Shown: positions 50,265 to 60,713, numbered from the stretch's first letter. The stretch is 64,000 nucleotides of DNA from Nostoc sp. DedSLP01 (GCA_034530875.2 JAVRCJ020000008.1:96001-160000), one strand, 5' to 3'. Program-made: numbers and translations. Notes: generated by a model not told the origin, from the sequence alone.

Positions 50265-51650
50265 TCATTCTGAAGTATTTGGTACTATAGCTTTTTTCTG
50301 AAGTTTCTTAACTGCAAAAAACAGTAGGAAGAAGAAAGAGAAAATATAAACACAGGATGTTGATAAAGCAATACCGGCAACTCCTAACCACTGGATGAAT
50401 AGATAGTCTAAAACAATGTTGATCGTAAGATTAAAACCAGATCCCCACATTAGGATTTGATTAGATCGTGTTGCTGATATGAAGCGGACTACCAAAATAC
50501 CCGGGCCGCGTAAAGGTATTTGCAAAGCGTTAAAAGCTTGGATATTAGCTACTAATTGAGTATCGTTGGCCGTAAATAAGCCTCTTTGAAAAAGTATTTT
50601 TACTATCGGCTCAGAAAATATAATTAGCAGTAATGCTATTGGTAAAGCAGCTGCAAATATAGACTTCATATAACGCTTTAATGTCTGACTTACTCCTACC
50701 CAATCTTCGTGCGCTACCATCTTGGAAAAATAGGGAATGACTGCGGTACTCAATGCTTGAGTCATTAAAGTTATTGGGAATGCAGTTAAGCGATTACCAT
50801 AGTTGAGTGCTGCTACACTTCCGGGCAATAAAGTTGCGGCCATTGCTTGATCGACTATTCCCGTGCTGCACATCAAAAAGCCTCCAGCAATCATTGGAGC
50901 ATACTGGCTTGCTACTTGACGTAAGTTATCGTCAAATCCATACCATCTTGGAAGTAAGGAAACTTTTTGTCGGCGTAGTGCAATACCCAAGAGAGTTATT
51001 TCCAAAAATGCACCGCCGACAAGCCCTACTCCTAAAGCAAATACACCCCAAAACTTTGCTCCGAATAAGAGTAAAACAATAGTAATAATTGGAGTAATTA
51101 TTGGACTGAGAGCTGTTAAAGCAAAACGCTCTCCTGCATTTAAAACAGCGCTCCAAATTGTGACAACTCCAGTCAACATTACAATTGGCGAAATTACACA
51201 AAGCAGTTTAAAAGTCAGACTTATTTTTTCAGCGCTGAATCCTGATGCCAGCTGTGGCAAGTATTGTGGTGCAGATGCCACTATAAATATCGTAGTAATT
51301 CCTAAGAGTCCTAAACTCCAAACCGTAGCTCCAGAAAAAAGTCTTTGAGCTGCTTTTATTCCCTGTTGTTCTCGTACTCGTATATATGTTGGAATCAGAG
51401 CAGCATTAAAAGACCCAGCTACGACATTAATAATAAACTCTGGAACTAGCAAAGCAATTAAAAATGCATCGAGTTCGTCTCCCGTCCCAAATTTCCAAGC
51501 AATAACGATTTCTTTGAGCGCAGCCATCACTTTGACTAATCCTGTGCCAAAGGCAACCGTAATCGCTGCACTCAAAATTTTGCGGTTGACAGAACCACTA
51601 GTCAATTTCTTCCAGTAATCAAGTAAGTTATGCAATCGCCAAAGTTTCAT
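50265..51650 (-). CDS. MurJ/MviN-type lipid-linked oligosaccharide flippase
   Basis: FGTGDELDAFLIA, GSFNAALIP, GSVAALNYGNRL, LFQRGLFT; ~12 TMs. Confidence 0.88.
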   Translation of the reverse strand: MKLWRLHNLLDYWKKLTSGSVNRKILSAAITVAFGTGLVKVMAALKEIVIAWKFGTGDELDAFLIALLVPEFIINVVAGSFNAALIPTYIRVREQQGIKAAQRLFSGATVWSLGLLGITTIFIVASAPQYLPQLASGFSAEKISLTFKLLCVISPIVMLTGVVTIWSAVLNAGERFALTALSPIITPIITIVLLLFGAKFWGVFALGVGLVGGAFLEITLLGIALRRQKVSLLPRWYGFDDNLRQVASQYAPMIAGGFLMCSTGIVDQAMAATLLPGSVAALNYGNRLTAFPITLMTQALSTAVIPYFSKMVAHEDWVGVSQTLKRYMKSIFAAALPIALLLIIFSEPIVKILFQRGLFTANDTQLVANIQAFNALQIPLRGPGILVVRFISATRSNQILMWGSGFNLTINIVLDYLFIQWLGVAGIALSTSCVYIFSFFFLLFFAVKKLQKKAIVPNTSE

Positions 51651-51689
51651 ATAATTAATCCAAGAACCACTAGGTTTAGCTGAGTAAAC

Positions 51690-53714
51690 CTATTTTAAGG
51701 AAAAGTTTTCAGCACGATAACTAGATGCATTTTTATTGCTGTCTAAGCTATTTATTTCAGTGGTTGGATATTGAGGTCTATATTCAGGGATTAGTTGCTC
51801 AAGCAAAAATATAATTGAGTTTTTATCATTTTTATATGCTGCTCTCCTCAAAGCTTCGACAATGGAATTTAGATTTTCTGGAACAGTACGACTAGAGTTT
51901 TTCACTATTAACAATTTTTCATGTTGAGTCGGTTCGTATTCCTCTCCTGGAACAAATAATTCTTCATATAATTTTTCCCCTGGTCGCAAGCCTGTAAATA
52001 CAATTTGAATATCTTTGTTGACTTCATATCCTGAAAGACGAATGAGTTGTTTTGCTAAGTCAACTATTTTCACAGGTTTACCCATATTCATCATTAAAAC
52101 TTCACCACTGCGACCAAGTACTGCGGCTTGTAAAACAAGTTGCACTGCTTCTGGAATAGTCATGAAATAACGACAAATATCAGGATGGGTAACTCTGACT
52201 GGGCCGCCTGCTGCAATTTGTTTTTTGAAAGTAGGAACTACGCTGCCCCGGCTTCCCAAAACATTACCAAAACGCACAGCAACATAAGGCTTACCGCTTT
52301 GTCTTGCAGCTTGCAGTACTAACATTTCTGCAACTCTTTTACTGGCTCCCATAACATTGGTCGGATTGACTGCCTTATCTGTGGAAATCATCACAAAATG
52401 TGGAACATCGTATTGCAGAGCAATCTCTAACAAATTTTTTGTCCCAATCACATTGTTTGTGATTGCTTCTGAGGGGTTTAATTCCATCAGAGGAACGTGC
52501 TTATGAGCAGCAGCATGAAAAATTACATGAGGTTGGAATTGCTCAAAAACATGATGCAGTCGTTCTTGGAAGCGAATATCAGCAATTAAGATGGAGATTG
52601 AAGGAGTATATTGTTGTATTTTGCCCTCCTCTTTCATAGCTTCTACAATTTTTTCTAGCTCTTGTTGGATATTGAATACGGAGTTTTCTCCGTGCCCCAA
52701 GAGGAGAATTTGTGCTGGGCAGCACTGGCAAATTTGACGACAAAGTTCGCTACCAATTGAACCGCCTGCACCTGTAATTAATACTTTCTTGCCTTTGAGA
52801 AATTGAGCAACTATTTGAATATCTGTCTGTACGGGTTCGCGTCTGAGCAAATCTTCAATGCGTACATCGCGAATGCTATCTACTCGCACGCAACCATTGA
52901 GGATTTCGTGTATTCCTGGGAGAGTGCTAGTCTGAATACCATTTGCTTTGCAAATATCAACAATTTCGCGAATGACATGCCCTGCAACACTTGGCATTGC
53001 AATTATTACTTTGTGGATTTGCAGATATTTCACTACATTAGTTATGTAATGGCGATCGCCCATTACAGGAATACCACGAATATTGACATTCCATTTTTGG
53101 GGATCGTCGTCAATGAAGGCTACAGGATAGAAACCTAATTGCGGATTTATCTGCATTTCTTGTACTAACGAAACCCCTGCACTGCCAGCACCAACTATCA
53201 ATACTCGCTCGTGTGGATTCAAAACAGTTTGTTTATGGCTAATTCTTTCCACTGCCCGAACGCTGAAACGTAGCCCAGCAATAAAAATAAAGGAAAGTAA
53301 ACCATCAATAAATGGTATCGATTGTGGCAGTTTCTCTATATCAAAATAAGGTATGTTATGTAAAATTACAAACAAAAATTCTTGAATAACTACCGCAACC
53401 AATACCAGCATTGTGATATACGTCAAATCTTCAATACTGGCGTAGCGCCAGTAACGCCGATAAAAATTAAAACTCCAAAATAAAGTTAATTTGGTGACTA
53501 AAAACAGTATTGTGGCAATTACCAACTCCGATATATATTCCTTGATGATGATATCGCCATCTAAACGCAGCATCAAGGCTAATAAAGGTGTTATTGAAAA
53601 TAAAATCAGATCGCAAAAGAAAAAATGTCTATTTCTCAACAGGAGTAATTTGACTGAGAAATTTCTGGCAAACTTTTGCGAGAACGATTGGAAAGCAAAA
53701 ACAAAAAATTTCAT
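51690..53714 (-). CDS. Membrane-bound UDP-GlcNAc 4,6-dehydratase (CapD/PglF/WbpM/WbgZ family)
   Basis: Four TMs, GAGSAG, TGAGGSIGSEL, HAAAHKHVP, STDKAV, MGASK, RFGNVLGSRGS, GLRPGEKL. Confidence 0.95.
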   Translation of the reverse strand: MKFFVFAFQSFSQKFARNFSVKLLLLRNRHFFFCDLILFSITPLLALMLRLDGDIIIKEYISELVIATILFLVTKLTLFWSFNFYRRYWRYASIEDLTYITMLVLVAVVIQEFLFVILHNIPYFDIEKLPQSIPFIDGLLSFIFIAGLRFSVRAVERISHKQTVLNPHERVLIVGAGSAGVSLVQEMQINPQLGFYPVAFIDDDPQKWNVNIRGIPVMGDRHYITNVVKYLQIHKVIIAMPSVAGHVIREIVDICKANGIQTSTLPGIHEILNGCVRVDSIRDVRIEDLLRREPVQTDIQIVAQFLKGKKVLITGAGGSIGSELCRQICQCCPAQILLLGHGENSVFNIQQELEKIVEAMKEEGKIQQYTPSISILIADIRFQERLHHVFEQFQPHVIFHAAAHKHVPLMELNPSEAITNNVIGTKNLLEIALQYDVPHFVMISTDKAVNPTNVMGASKRVAEMLVLQAARQSGKPYVAVRFGNVLGSRGSVVPTFKKQIAAGGPVRVTHPDICRYFMTIPEAVQLVLQAAVLGRSGEVLMMNMGKPVKIVDLAKQLIRLSGYEVNKDIQIVFTGLRPGEKLYEELFVPGEEYEPTQHEKLLIVKNSSRTVPENLNSIVEALRRAAYKNDKNSIIFLLEQLIPEYRPQYPTTEINSLDSNKNASSYRAENFSLK

Positions 53715-54990
53715 TTGAGTTTAAAGTATTTAATTTTTTAATGTTTCACGAATATTTTTTTAATAAAATTTACTAGTTTTATTTGCTCTGAATTGAAAAA
53801 TTTGTCATTTATAAAAATGCGAAAAACAGCAGCAACTAACATCCAGCCAGTTTTTAGCTAGGTCAAGACGGTAGTCTGAAAAATAAGGTAGAGTGATAGA
53901 GGGCTAGTAGCTGCTAAATTAAGATTTAGCAGTCAGAAATAACTCTGCCATCGCAGAGTTAGATGTTTTCTAAACTCATATCAACTTGCTAGACTAAATA
54001 TTAAGTAAATAACAGATTTGAGTCCGCCTGAATAGTACCACATTGCTAAATTAATATCAACTTTGTAAATTGATATCAAATTTACAGAGTATTTTAAACT
54101 CTTAAAATGCATCTGTTCTATCAGTAAGCCATGAGTAAGAGCTTGATACTATGAAACTTTTGTCAATTAAGTAATGGTACTTAAACTGATGCTGAGAATC
54201 AGGCTAGTCAACAGAATTTTGTGGCTAACAATCCCTTGATATTTAAAACTATCATTCATTGTTGCGTCAAAATCTATTTCTAAAGATAAATTTAATACTT
54301 CCTATTAGACCAAATTTTCACCATAATTTCTAGTTGACAGAAATTATTTTGTTTTCATTTCTGACCAATGGAATGATAGGAATCTGACTTGAATTTTGCA
54401 AGCACGCTGAGGCTCAAATCTTTATTTAGCAAAATTTTTATCTAAAAGACTTTTTATTCATCAAACTAGAACCCTGCCTTTCTCTTTACAGAAGAAATAA
54501 TATGGTTGCAGTAATTTGCAAGTATGTGTCCTCGATCACATAAGTAATGTGTTTCAAAGCATTGCTAGTTTAGACAAATTAATATACGAATTAACCGACA
54601 ATAAGAAGAAATATTATTATTTCCTAGCGGAATTATAACAAGTTTGTAAAAAACTAGCATTTTTGCTATTGTCGTTGTCAGATAAGGATTACAATAGCGC
54701 AACATTTGTTAAACAAACACCAGATATTCATGCCCATACATACCTTTAGTCCTCTAATTTTCGCGAGGATCTCAACTTTTGTAAAAATACCGCCCTGGTA
54801 AATAGAATTTGCGGCTATACACAAAAAACCCACCGACCGGGGTTTCAAACTCCTGAACTATTACTGCAAACAGGCTTGCGCTGAACTTTTTGTCCGCTGG
54901 CGTTCTGAATTGAACCGCGACAGTAGTATTGCGATGGCGATCGCTCTTTGATTTTCAAAAAAACTAAAAAACACCATAAATAAAATAAAT

Positions 54991-55595
54991 ATAAAAAACA
55001 AGCGATCGCAACAGGATTTGTGCTTTTCTCTTTTATGTTGCCAACGAAAGCCTCTGGTGCGAGTTTCGATGGTTTTAATTTAATGCAAAAAACATTCTGG
55101 TGTTTAACTTGCCAGATTTAGGAAAGCTGCCAGGTGCTAAAATTGGTAATCGCAACCGTGCAACCCCCAGCAAATCTACTATTGAGTTGAACTCTGGTTT
55201 AGCAGCAATCGCGAGCGCTTTGAACCAAAGTAAAGATGTGAATATTATTCCTGTTAATATTTATTCTTTATTTAATCGGGCCAGTGAATTGGGTTTTACG
55301 AATACAACCCAGTCTTGTCGATCTCGGTTAGATGTTATGTAACCCAGTCAACAACAAGTTTCTCATCTGGGAGAATTTCCACCCAACCACCGCCGGTCAT
55401 CAGGTGATAGCGGCTACTGCACTGGCGGCGATTGAGTCTCAGTCTGTTCCGGAACCTTTGACAGAGTTGGGGACATTGTTGGCAATTGCTACTTTCGGTA
55501 CAGTAGGAGTACTCAAGCGCCAGCAAAAAAGTTCGGCACTTACGACTGCGGGTCTGATGTCTAGCGCACAATCGTCTCATACAGTTGACAACTAA
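54991..55595 (+). pseudogene. Degraded SGNH/GDSL esterase with PEP-CTERM tail
   Basis: Signal peptide KKQAIATGFVLFSFMLPTKASGA without ATG; GDSL block deleted; NILVFNLPDLGKLP; frameshift near 55335; WENFHPT for WDxxHPT; VPEP-TM-KR tail. Confidence 0.82.
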
Positions 55596-55603
55596 TATTA
55601 TTA

Positions 55604-56647
55604 ATGTGGGATTACGATCGCTTATTTGAAATAATTGCAGAGCTGGTGATGCATCATTCTCCTAGTGGTGCAGAAGCCGAAATTAACCAGTTGTTAATCC
55701 AACGATTTACGGCACTGGGTGTAGAAGTCTGGTGCGATCGCGCCGACAATATTATTGCAAAAATCCCTGGGCGAAGTCCAGACCGAGCAATCGCCATTAC
55801 AGCCCACAAAGATGAAATCGGGGCGATGGTCAAAACTCTTGGCGATGCAGGCCGTGTGGAAGTCCGCAAACTTGGCGGTGCTTTCCCTTGGGTTTATGGT
55901 GAAGGCGTTGTCGATTTACTGGGAGACAAGGAAACTATTAGCGGGATTCTCAGTTTTGGTTCTCGCCACGTTTCTCACGAATCTCCACAAAAAGTCCAGC
56001 AAGAAGATACTAGCGTCAAGTGGGAAAATGCCTGGATTGAAACCAAACGCACTACTGCTGAACTAGAAGCCGCGGGAATTCGACCGGGAACGAGAATGGT
56101 AATTGGCAAACATCGTAAATTGCCAATTAGATTAAAGGATCATATTGCTAGTTACACGTTAGATAACAAAGCTTCTGTTGCCATTTTGCTGGCTTTAGCC
56201 GAAAACCTCAAACAGCCAGCTGTTGATGTTTATTTGGTGGCTTCAGCAAAAGAAGAAGTCGGGGCAATTGGCGCGTTATTTTTCACTCAAAACCAGCGTT
56301 TAGATGCTTTAATTGCTTTAGAAATTTGTCCGTTATCTGAGGAATATCCTGTTAAAGATGGGGCAATTCCCGTACTTTTATCTCAAGATGCTTATGGGAT
56401 ATATGATGAGGGTTTAAACGGACAGATACGCCAATGCGCTCAGCAGTTGGATATGCAAATTCAGTTTACTACTCTGAGTGGATTTGGTAGCGATGCTTCA
56501 ATTGCGATGAAATTTGGACATGTCGGACGCGCTGCTTGTTTAGCGTTTCCTACCCAAAATACCCACGGTTATGAAATTGCTCATCTAGGAGCGATCGCTA
56601 ATTGTATTGATTTATTAAAAACCTTCTGCGAAACTGAGTTGGAGTAA
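55604..56647 (+). CDS. M42 family metallopeptidase
   Basis: SPSGAE, AHKDEIG, LDNK, KEEVG, FGSDA, THGYE. Confidence 0.92.
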   Translation: MWDYDRLFEIIAELVMHHSPSGAEAEINQLLIQRFTALGVEVWCDRADNIIAKIPGRSPDRAIAITAHKDEIGAMVKTLGDAGRVEVRKLGGAFPWVYGEGVVDLLGDKETISGILSFGSRHVSHESPQKVQQEDTSVKWENAWIETKRTTAELEAAGIRPGTRMVIGKHRKLPIRLKDHIASYTLDNKASVAILLALAENLKQPAVDVYLVASAKEEVGAIGALFFTQNQRLDALIALEICPLSEEYPVKDGAIPVLLSQDAYGIYDEGLNGQIRQCAQQLDMQIQFTTLSGFGSDASIAMKFGHVGRAACLAFPTQNTHGYEIAHLGAIANCIDLLKTFCETELE

Positions 56648-56670
56648 TTGTCAATTTTTTTGGAATTTTT

Positions 56671-56716
56671 AGCCTGGGTTGGCATCCTTGGTTGATGTAG
56701 CTGAGGCTTTTTTTTT
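56671..56716 (+). terminator. Probable intrinsic terminator
   Basis: AGCCT-GGGTTG-GCATC...GATGT-AGCTG-AGGCT hairpin followed by a long T run. Confidence 0.55.
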
Positions 56717-56779
56717 GAGTGGGATGTGCCTCAATGCTTGATTTATGTCAAACTTTAGTGTTTAGTAAAACTTAACTAA

Positions 56780-56851
56780 AGCCGATGACGGGATTTGAAC
56801 CCGTGGCCTGCTGATTACGAATCAGCTGCTCTACCACTGAGCCACATCGGC
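56780..56851 (-). tRNA. trnT: tRNA-Thr(CGT)
   Basis: Reverse complement GCCGATG-TG-GCTCAGTGGTAGAGC-A-GCTGA-TT-CGT-AA-TCAGC-AGGCC-ACGGGTTCAAATCCCGT-CATCGGC-T forms a cloverleaf; CCA not encoded. Confidence 0.97.
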
Positions 56852-56884
56852 GTACACAATCTGATAGTATAGCATGATTCACTA

Positions 56885-57178
56885 ATGGTAAATCAAAATC
56901 CCAAAAATCGCCTCAACCCCGAACAATATAGCCGCCTCAAAGCAGAAATGGCAGCCCCTTATCGTGGTTTGCGACAATTTATCTATATTGCTTTTGGTGC
57001 TTCTGGCTTAATAGGGGCATTCATCTTTTTTTTCAGACTGCTTGCCGGACGAGATGTTGAAAGCGCTTTGCCTAACTTGGCTCTCCAAATAGGAATCGTA
57101 ACCCTGATGGTATTTCTCTGGCGCTGGGAGCAGCGTCGGCAAGAAAGTCGCAAATCGGGAAAAAATAGCAATTTGTAA
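56885..57178 (+). CDS. DUF3493-like small membrane protein
   Basis: RLKAEMAAPYRGLRQFIY then two TM segments. Confidence 0.8.
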   Translation: MVNQNPKNRLNPEQYSRLKAEMAAPYRGLRQFIYIAFGASGLIGAFIFFFRLLAGRDVESALPNLALQIGIVTLMVFLWRWEQRRQESRKSGKNSNL

Positions 57179-57469
57179 ACGAACATTAGCTATTAATTTT
57201 TTTTGGCGTTTTTGTTTTACGAATCTTGATATTCTTCAAATATATTAATAATTTGGTAAGAATTAAAATATCAGGAAAGAAAAAATAAAAAAATCATTAC
57301 AAAATTTCAAAAAGCAAAAATTTCTGAGAAACTGGAAATCGTTAAAACGGGGTCAGTCAATATAAAGACCTTGACTATAAACTCAATGCGATTTAAATGG
57401 GGTCATTTTTTTGGAGGCCCCAAATTTTATCTTTAAAAACGCTGAAAGTTAATAAAATAGCCAATATTG

Positions 57470-57507
57470 AAAACGCCAGACTCAGAAATTCTGAGTCTGG
57501 CGCTTTT
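57470..57507. terminator. Bidirectional terminator-like hairpin
   Basis: CGCCAGACTCAGAA-A-TTCTGAGTCTGGCG with A run before and T run after, between convergent genes. Confidence 0.8.
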
Positions 57508-57595
57508 AATTAATCAATTAAGGGTTTAGTAACTGAGTTTTGGATGTTTAAGAGTTAGTTTTTAACTTGATTATCTACTCAAAACTCAACACTTT

Positions 57596-59290
57596 TTATT
57601 GAACTGTTACCAAATATGATGAAGGAATTGGTTGGGCACGTCCAGCATTGACGAGTGCTTGGTAAACAAAGGCAGCAACTTCGGCTCTAGTCGCCTGACG
57701 ATTTGGATTGAGTTGCTTAGCATTGGGATAGTTGATTACTAGTTGCCGTAGAGTTGCAGCAGCAACAGGGGCGATCGCATAATTAGGAATCTGGCTAGCA
57801 TCGGTGTAAAACGAGAGAACAGTCTGATCGGTGGCAGTTAAACCCAAACCATTTGCTAAAGCCACCAAAGCCTGGACTCTGGGAATTTGTTGCTGTGGCT
57901 TAAAAGTACCATCAGGATAACCAGAAACAAATTGACCTTGGTAAGCAGATTGAATTGCAGCGTAAGCCCAAAAATTGCTTGCAACATCTTTAAACTTAAT
58001 AGCTGGGCGTTTGGCTGCTGGTGTCAAAGCTTTAGTGATAATGGCAGCAAATTGAGCGCGGGTTACTGGTTCATTGGGTTTAAAAGTGCCATCAGGAAAC
58101 CCAGCAATAATATTTTGGGAAGCTAAGGCTTCAATGTAGGCTTTGGCCCAGTAATTTGCTGGCACATCTTTAAAGGCAACAGCTCCTCCAGGGGGTACGT
58201 CAACACTTCCAGCAACAAAATTTACTGAACCAACAATTCGTTTTTCATCGATATCGTTGCCAATAGCGAGAATTGTACCAGTCTTAGTCGCGTTGTTGAC
58301 ATCATAACGAACGTTATTGCGAATCAGATTGCCGCCAGGATTTTCATTGGTGCCAAGGTCTGGTAAAGCGCTAACAGTTGCGACAACACCATCTCGCTTA
58401 TTGTTTTGAATGACATTCTTACGCAATACAGGCTTAGCTGACTCTGAGATAAAAAGACCGTCTTGGTTATCGATAATTTGGTTTTCTATAACTAAGGGCG
58501 TAGAAGTGCCACCGATTGCTATACCAAAACCAGTATCCTGAAATAAGTTATTGCGAATTTCTCCTTGGGCAGCTCTTGCAACTGAAACTCCATTGCCTTT
58601 ATTTTGCACAAAGATGTTACTTTCAATTCTGGGGTTGCCTGTACCAGTGACAAAAACGCCCTCTCTGATGCTGTTAGTAAAAGTATTATTTCTGATAACG
58701 GGATTTGTTGACTCTACCCAAACACCAGTTCCCCGTTGATTTGGGTTGGTGACAGTAACACCCGTAATAGTTGTATCTTGCTCGGCAAGGATGGTAATGT
58801 CTTGTCTGGCAAACGTGCGACTAGTGTAGAAACCTCCACCAGAAATTAATATCGCTTGGCCTCTACTAGCTTCATCACCCCGCAGTGTCACTCCTGGTTT
58901 CAGCAGGATGGGAAAAGTTTCGCCACTTTCCTGGCTATAATTCCCAGGTGCGAGTTGAATCACTGTCCCTGCTTGGGCTTGATTGACAGCGAAAGTGATG
59001 GTTTTGTATGGTGCGTTGGCTGTTGCACCAGCACCAGCTGTATCTGCGCCAGCTGTGGGATTAACGTAAATGACTGTGGCAGTGGTGGGAGCTTGGGCTG
59101 TAAGAATTGGTGCGATACCTTCTGGATGAGTAGCACCAGCATTTACCTCGCTGGGTACTAGCATTGTCCCACCAGAAACAACCAACAAAGCCGTTAGCCC
59201 GGCTCCAATACGTAAAGTATATCTGAGATAACTGCTAGAAAAAAGGCGAAAATTGTTCGCAAAAGAAGTGTGAAGACCCCGATATTTCAT
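57596..59290 (-). CDS. DUF1565 beta-helix protein with three C-terminal SLH domains
   Basis: YVNP...APYKTIT..GTVIQLAPGNYS..GETFP, parallel beta-helix repeats, GFPDGTFKPNEPVTRAQFA. Confidence 0.92.
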   Translation of the reverse strand: MKYRGLHTSFANNFRLFSSSYLRYTLRIGAGLTALLVVSGGTMLVPSEVNAGATHPEGIAPILTAQAPTTATVIYVNPTAGADTAGAGATANAPYKTITFAVNQAQAGTVIQLAPGNYSQESGETFPILLKPGVTLRGDEASRGQAILISGGGFYTSRTFARQDITILAEQDTTITGVTVTNPNQRGTGVWVESTNPVIRNNTFTNSIREGVFVTGTGNPRIESNIFVQNKGNGVSVARAAQGEIRNNLFQDTGFGIAIGGTSTPLVIENQIIDNQDGLFISESAKPVLRKNVIQNNKRDGVVATVSALPDLGTNENPGGNLIRNNVRYDVNNATKTGTILAIGNDIDEKRIVGSVNFVAGSVDVPPGGAVAFKDVPANYWAKAYIEALASQNIIAGFPDGTFKPNEPVTRAQFAAIITKALTPAAKRPAIKFKDVASNFWAYAAIQSAYQGQFVSGYPDGTFKPQQQIPRVQALVALANGLGLTATDQTVLSFYTDASQIPNYAIAPVAAATLRQLVINYPNAKQLNPNRQATRAEVAAFVYQALVNAGRAQPIPSSYLVTVQ

Positions 59291-59478
59291 TTTTTACGTC
59301 TGTAATGTGCTGAATTATAGTATGTAGACCAGGTTCAAGCAGCAGTGTAGTACCTGCTGTAAAACCCATGCAAAACTATACTGGATGATCGGCACTGATT
59401 CAGCTAAATTTCTTAGATACATCACAGAACTTATACATAAGTTATATAGTTTAATTCAGAAAATTTTACTAGAGCCTT

Positions 59479-59582
59479 ATACAGCACATTGCAGCTTCGT
59501 GAGGTACAGATAATTTTAGGGGCGCTAAGCTTGGCGCCCCCCAACCCACATCTATGTATTAGGTATTTTGTGAAATGGAATA
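59479..59582. repeat. Composite MITE/REP-like remnant
   Basis: Central GGGGCGC-taagctt-GGCGCCCC palindrome; right end ATTTTGTGAAATGG matches the TIR at 22504-22517. Confidence 0.45.
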
Positions 59583-59698
59583 AACTATGGTTCAAATGCT
59601 ATACACCAAGATTATCCCGCTAATGAAGTGGAAGTTGATGGCAATCGCTTGGAGAATCCCTACCATCAACTTCGTAACCGACAAGATTTACTGAGTAT

Positions 59699-59896
59699 CT
59701 AATAAGCCAAAGTTTCTAAAGTTTCTCTCAAATATCTTTGTACCTGCTGTTCCAAATGAAGTCCCTGTAATTGAGCGCCACGTTCTAGCTGCCAGCGTTG
59801 AAAACCGGAACTAGTGGAAATTGCACATTTGAGGCCATACCAAATTTCACTATCAGCAGAAAATCGGCGATCGCTATAAGCTGGAATTTGAGCCAT
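59699..59896 (-). CDS. Conserved small cyanobacterial hypothetical protein
   Basis: W..LK.AI..SSGFQRW...LEQQVQRYLRETLETLAY. Confidence 0.8.
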   Translation of the reverse strand: MAQIPAYSDRRFSADSEIWYGLKCAISTSSGFQRWQLERGAQLQGLHLEQQVQRYLRETLETLAY

Positions 59897-59934
59897 AATT
59901 CCTGATTCCTCAGTTACTAGTTATTGGGCATTAG

Positions 59935-60045
59935 GAGTGCTGTTAGCACAAGCAGCGCATTGAGCCGCGTTAGGAGTGAAGAGTTAATAATTAGGAGTTA
60001 GGAATTCCCGTTATCTCCCTATCTCCCCATTTCCCTGTGCTCCTT
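59935..60045. repeat. SDR-type repeat embedded in STRR tract
   Basis: GAGTGCTGTTAGCACAAGCAGCGCATTGAGCCGCGT then ggagttagg / tctccctatctccccat. Confidence 0.65.
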
Positions 60046-60070
60046 GTAGCCACTTCAAATAAAATAATAT

Positions 60071-60706
60071 TTACTCTGGGGGCTGCTGCGAATCTATGTT
60101 TCTTGCGAACAAAGATTCAAACAACCGGGGCAACATTTGATTAACCCGCACGCCTAAAATTGTAAAATCTTGTTTAATCTTGTCTAAAGATAGCGGTTCT
60201 ATGGCCGCAAATTCTGTGTCATTAGTCACCAAAACTCGCATGACACTAACAGGTATTTGTAAAAATAAATTGCTGGCTAAAAAGGCTAACGCCGCAAGTA
60301 TTAAACCAAGACTGCGCCATTGTGGTAAAAATTTAGCTGTATTTGCTACTGATGGCGCAATTCGATAAATATGCCATAGCGCCCAAATTGACAACACTGA
60401 TGTCAGTAAGGCTAGGATGCGATTTAACTTTGTGTTAGTTAAATAAAGGATTTTTCGCTGCCTCTCAGTCAAATTTTCTGGTTTTAAGGCTATTCCCAAA
60501 AGGCCAAAGATGTAAAAGGGGCGACGCAGCTGCATCCATAGCAACGGCAAAACACCAATGGCGGCTACTAAAAATAGTTCCATCCACACGGGCAAAAACG
60601 GTTCGCCGACGGATAGGAACAATAAACAGAGTATTGAAAAAATAGGTAACGTTGCTAACCCAGCAACGTGAATCCACAAAATTGGTTCAGAACGAAATGA
60701 AGCCAT
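60071..60706 (-). CDS. Cyanobacterial low-complexity-tail membrane protein
   Basis: SFRSEPILWIHVAGLA start, four TMs, SNLFLQIPVSV; sits downstream of infB. Confidence 0.82.
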   Translation of the reverse strand: MASFRSEPILWIHVAGLATLPIFSILCLLFLSVGEPFLPVWMELFLVAAIGVLPLLWMQLRRPFYIFGLLGIALKPENLTERQRKILYLTNTKLNRILALLTSVLSIWALWHIYRIAPSVANTAKFLPQWRSLGLILAALAFLASNLFLQIPVSVMRVLVTNDTEFAAIEPLSLDKIKQDFTILGVRVNQMLPRLFESLFARNIDSQQPPE

Positions 60707-60713
60707 ATATTAA

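Noticed and set aside
53867..53878. GACGGTAGTCTG resembling an RfaH ops element
   Set aside because: It lies on the plus strand whereas the cluster is transcribed on the minus strand, and it has a mismatch to GGCGGTAG
56780..56851. tRNA-Thr as an integration site for the EPS island
   Set aside because: No integrase and no duplicated tRNA 3' end seen in the window
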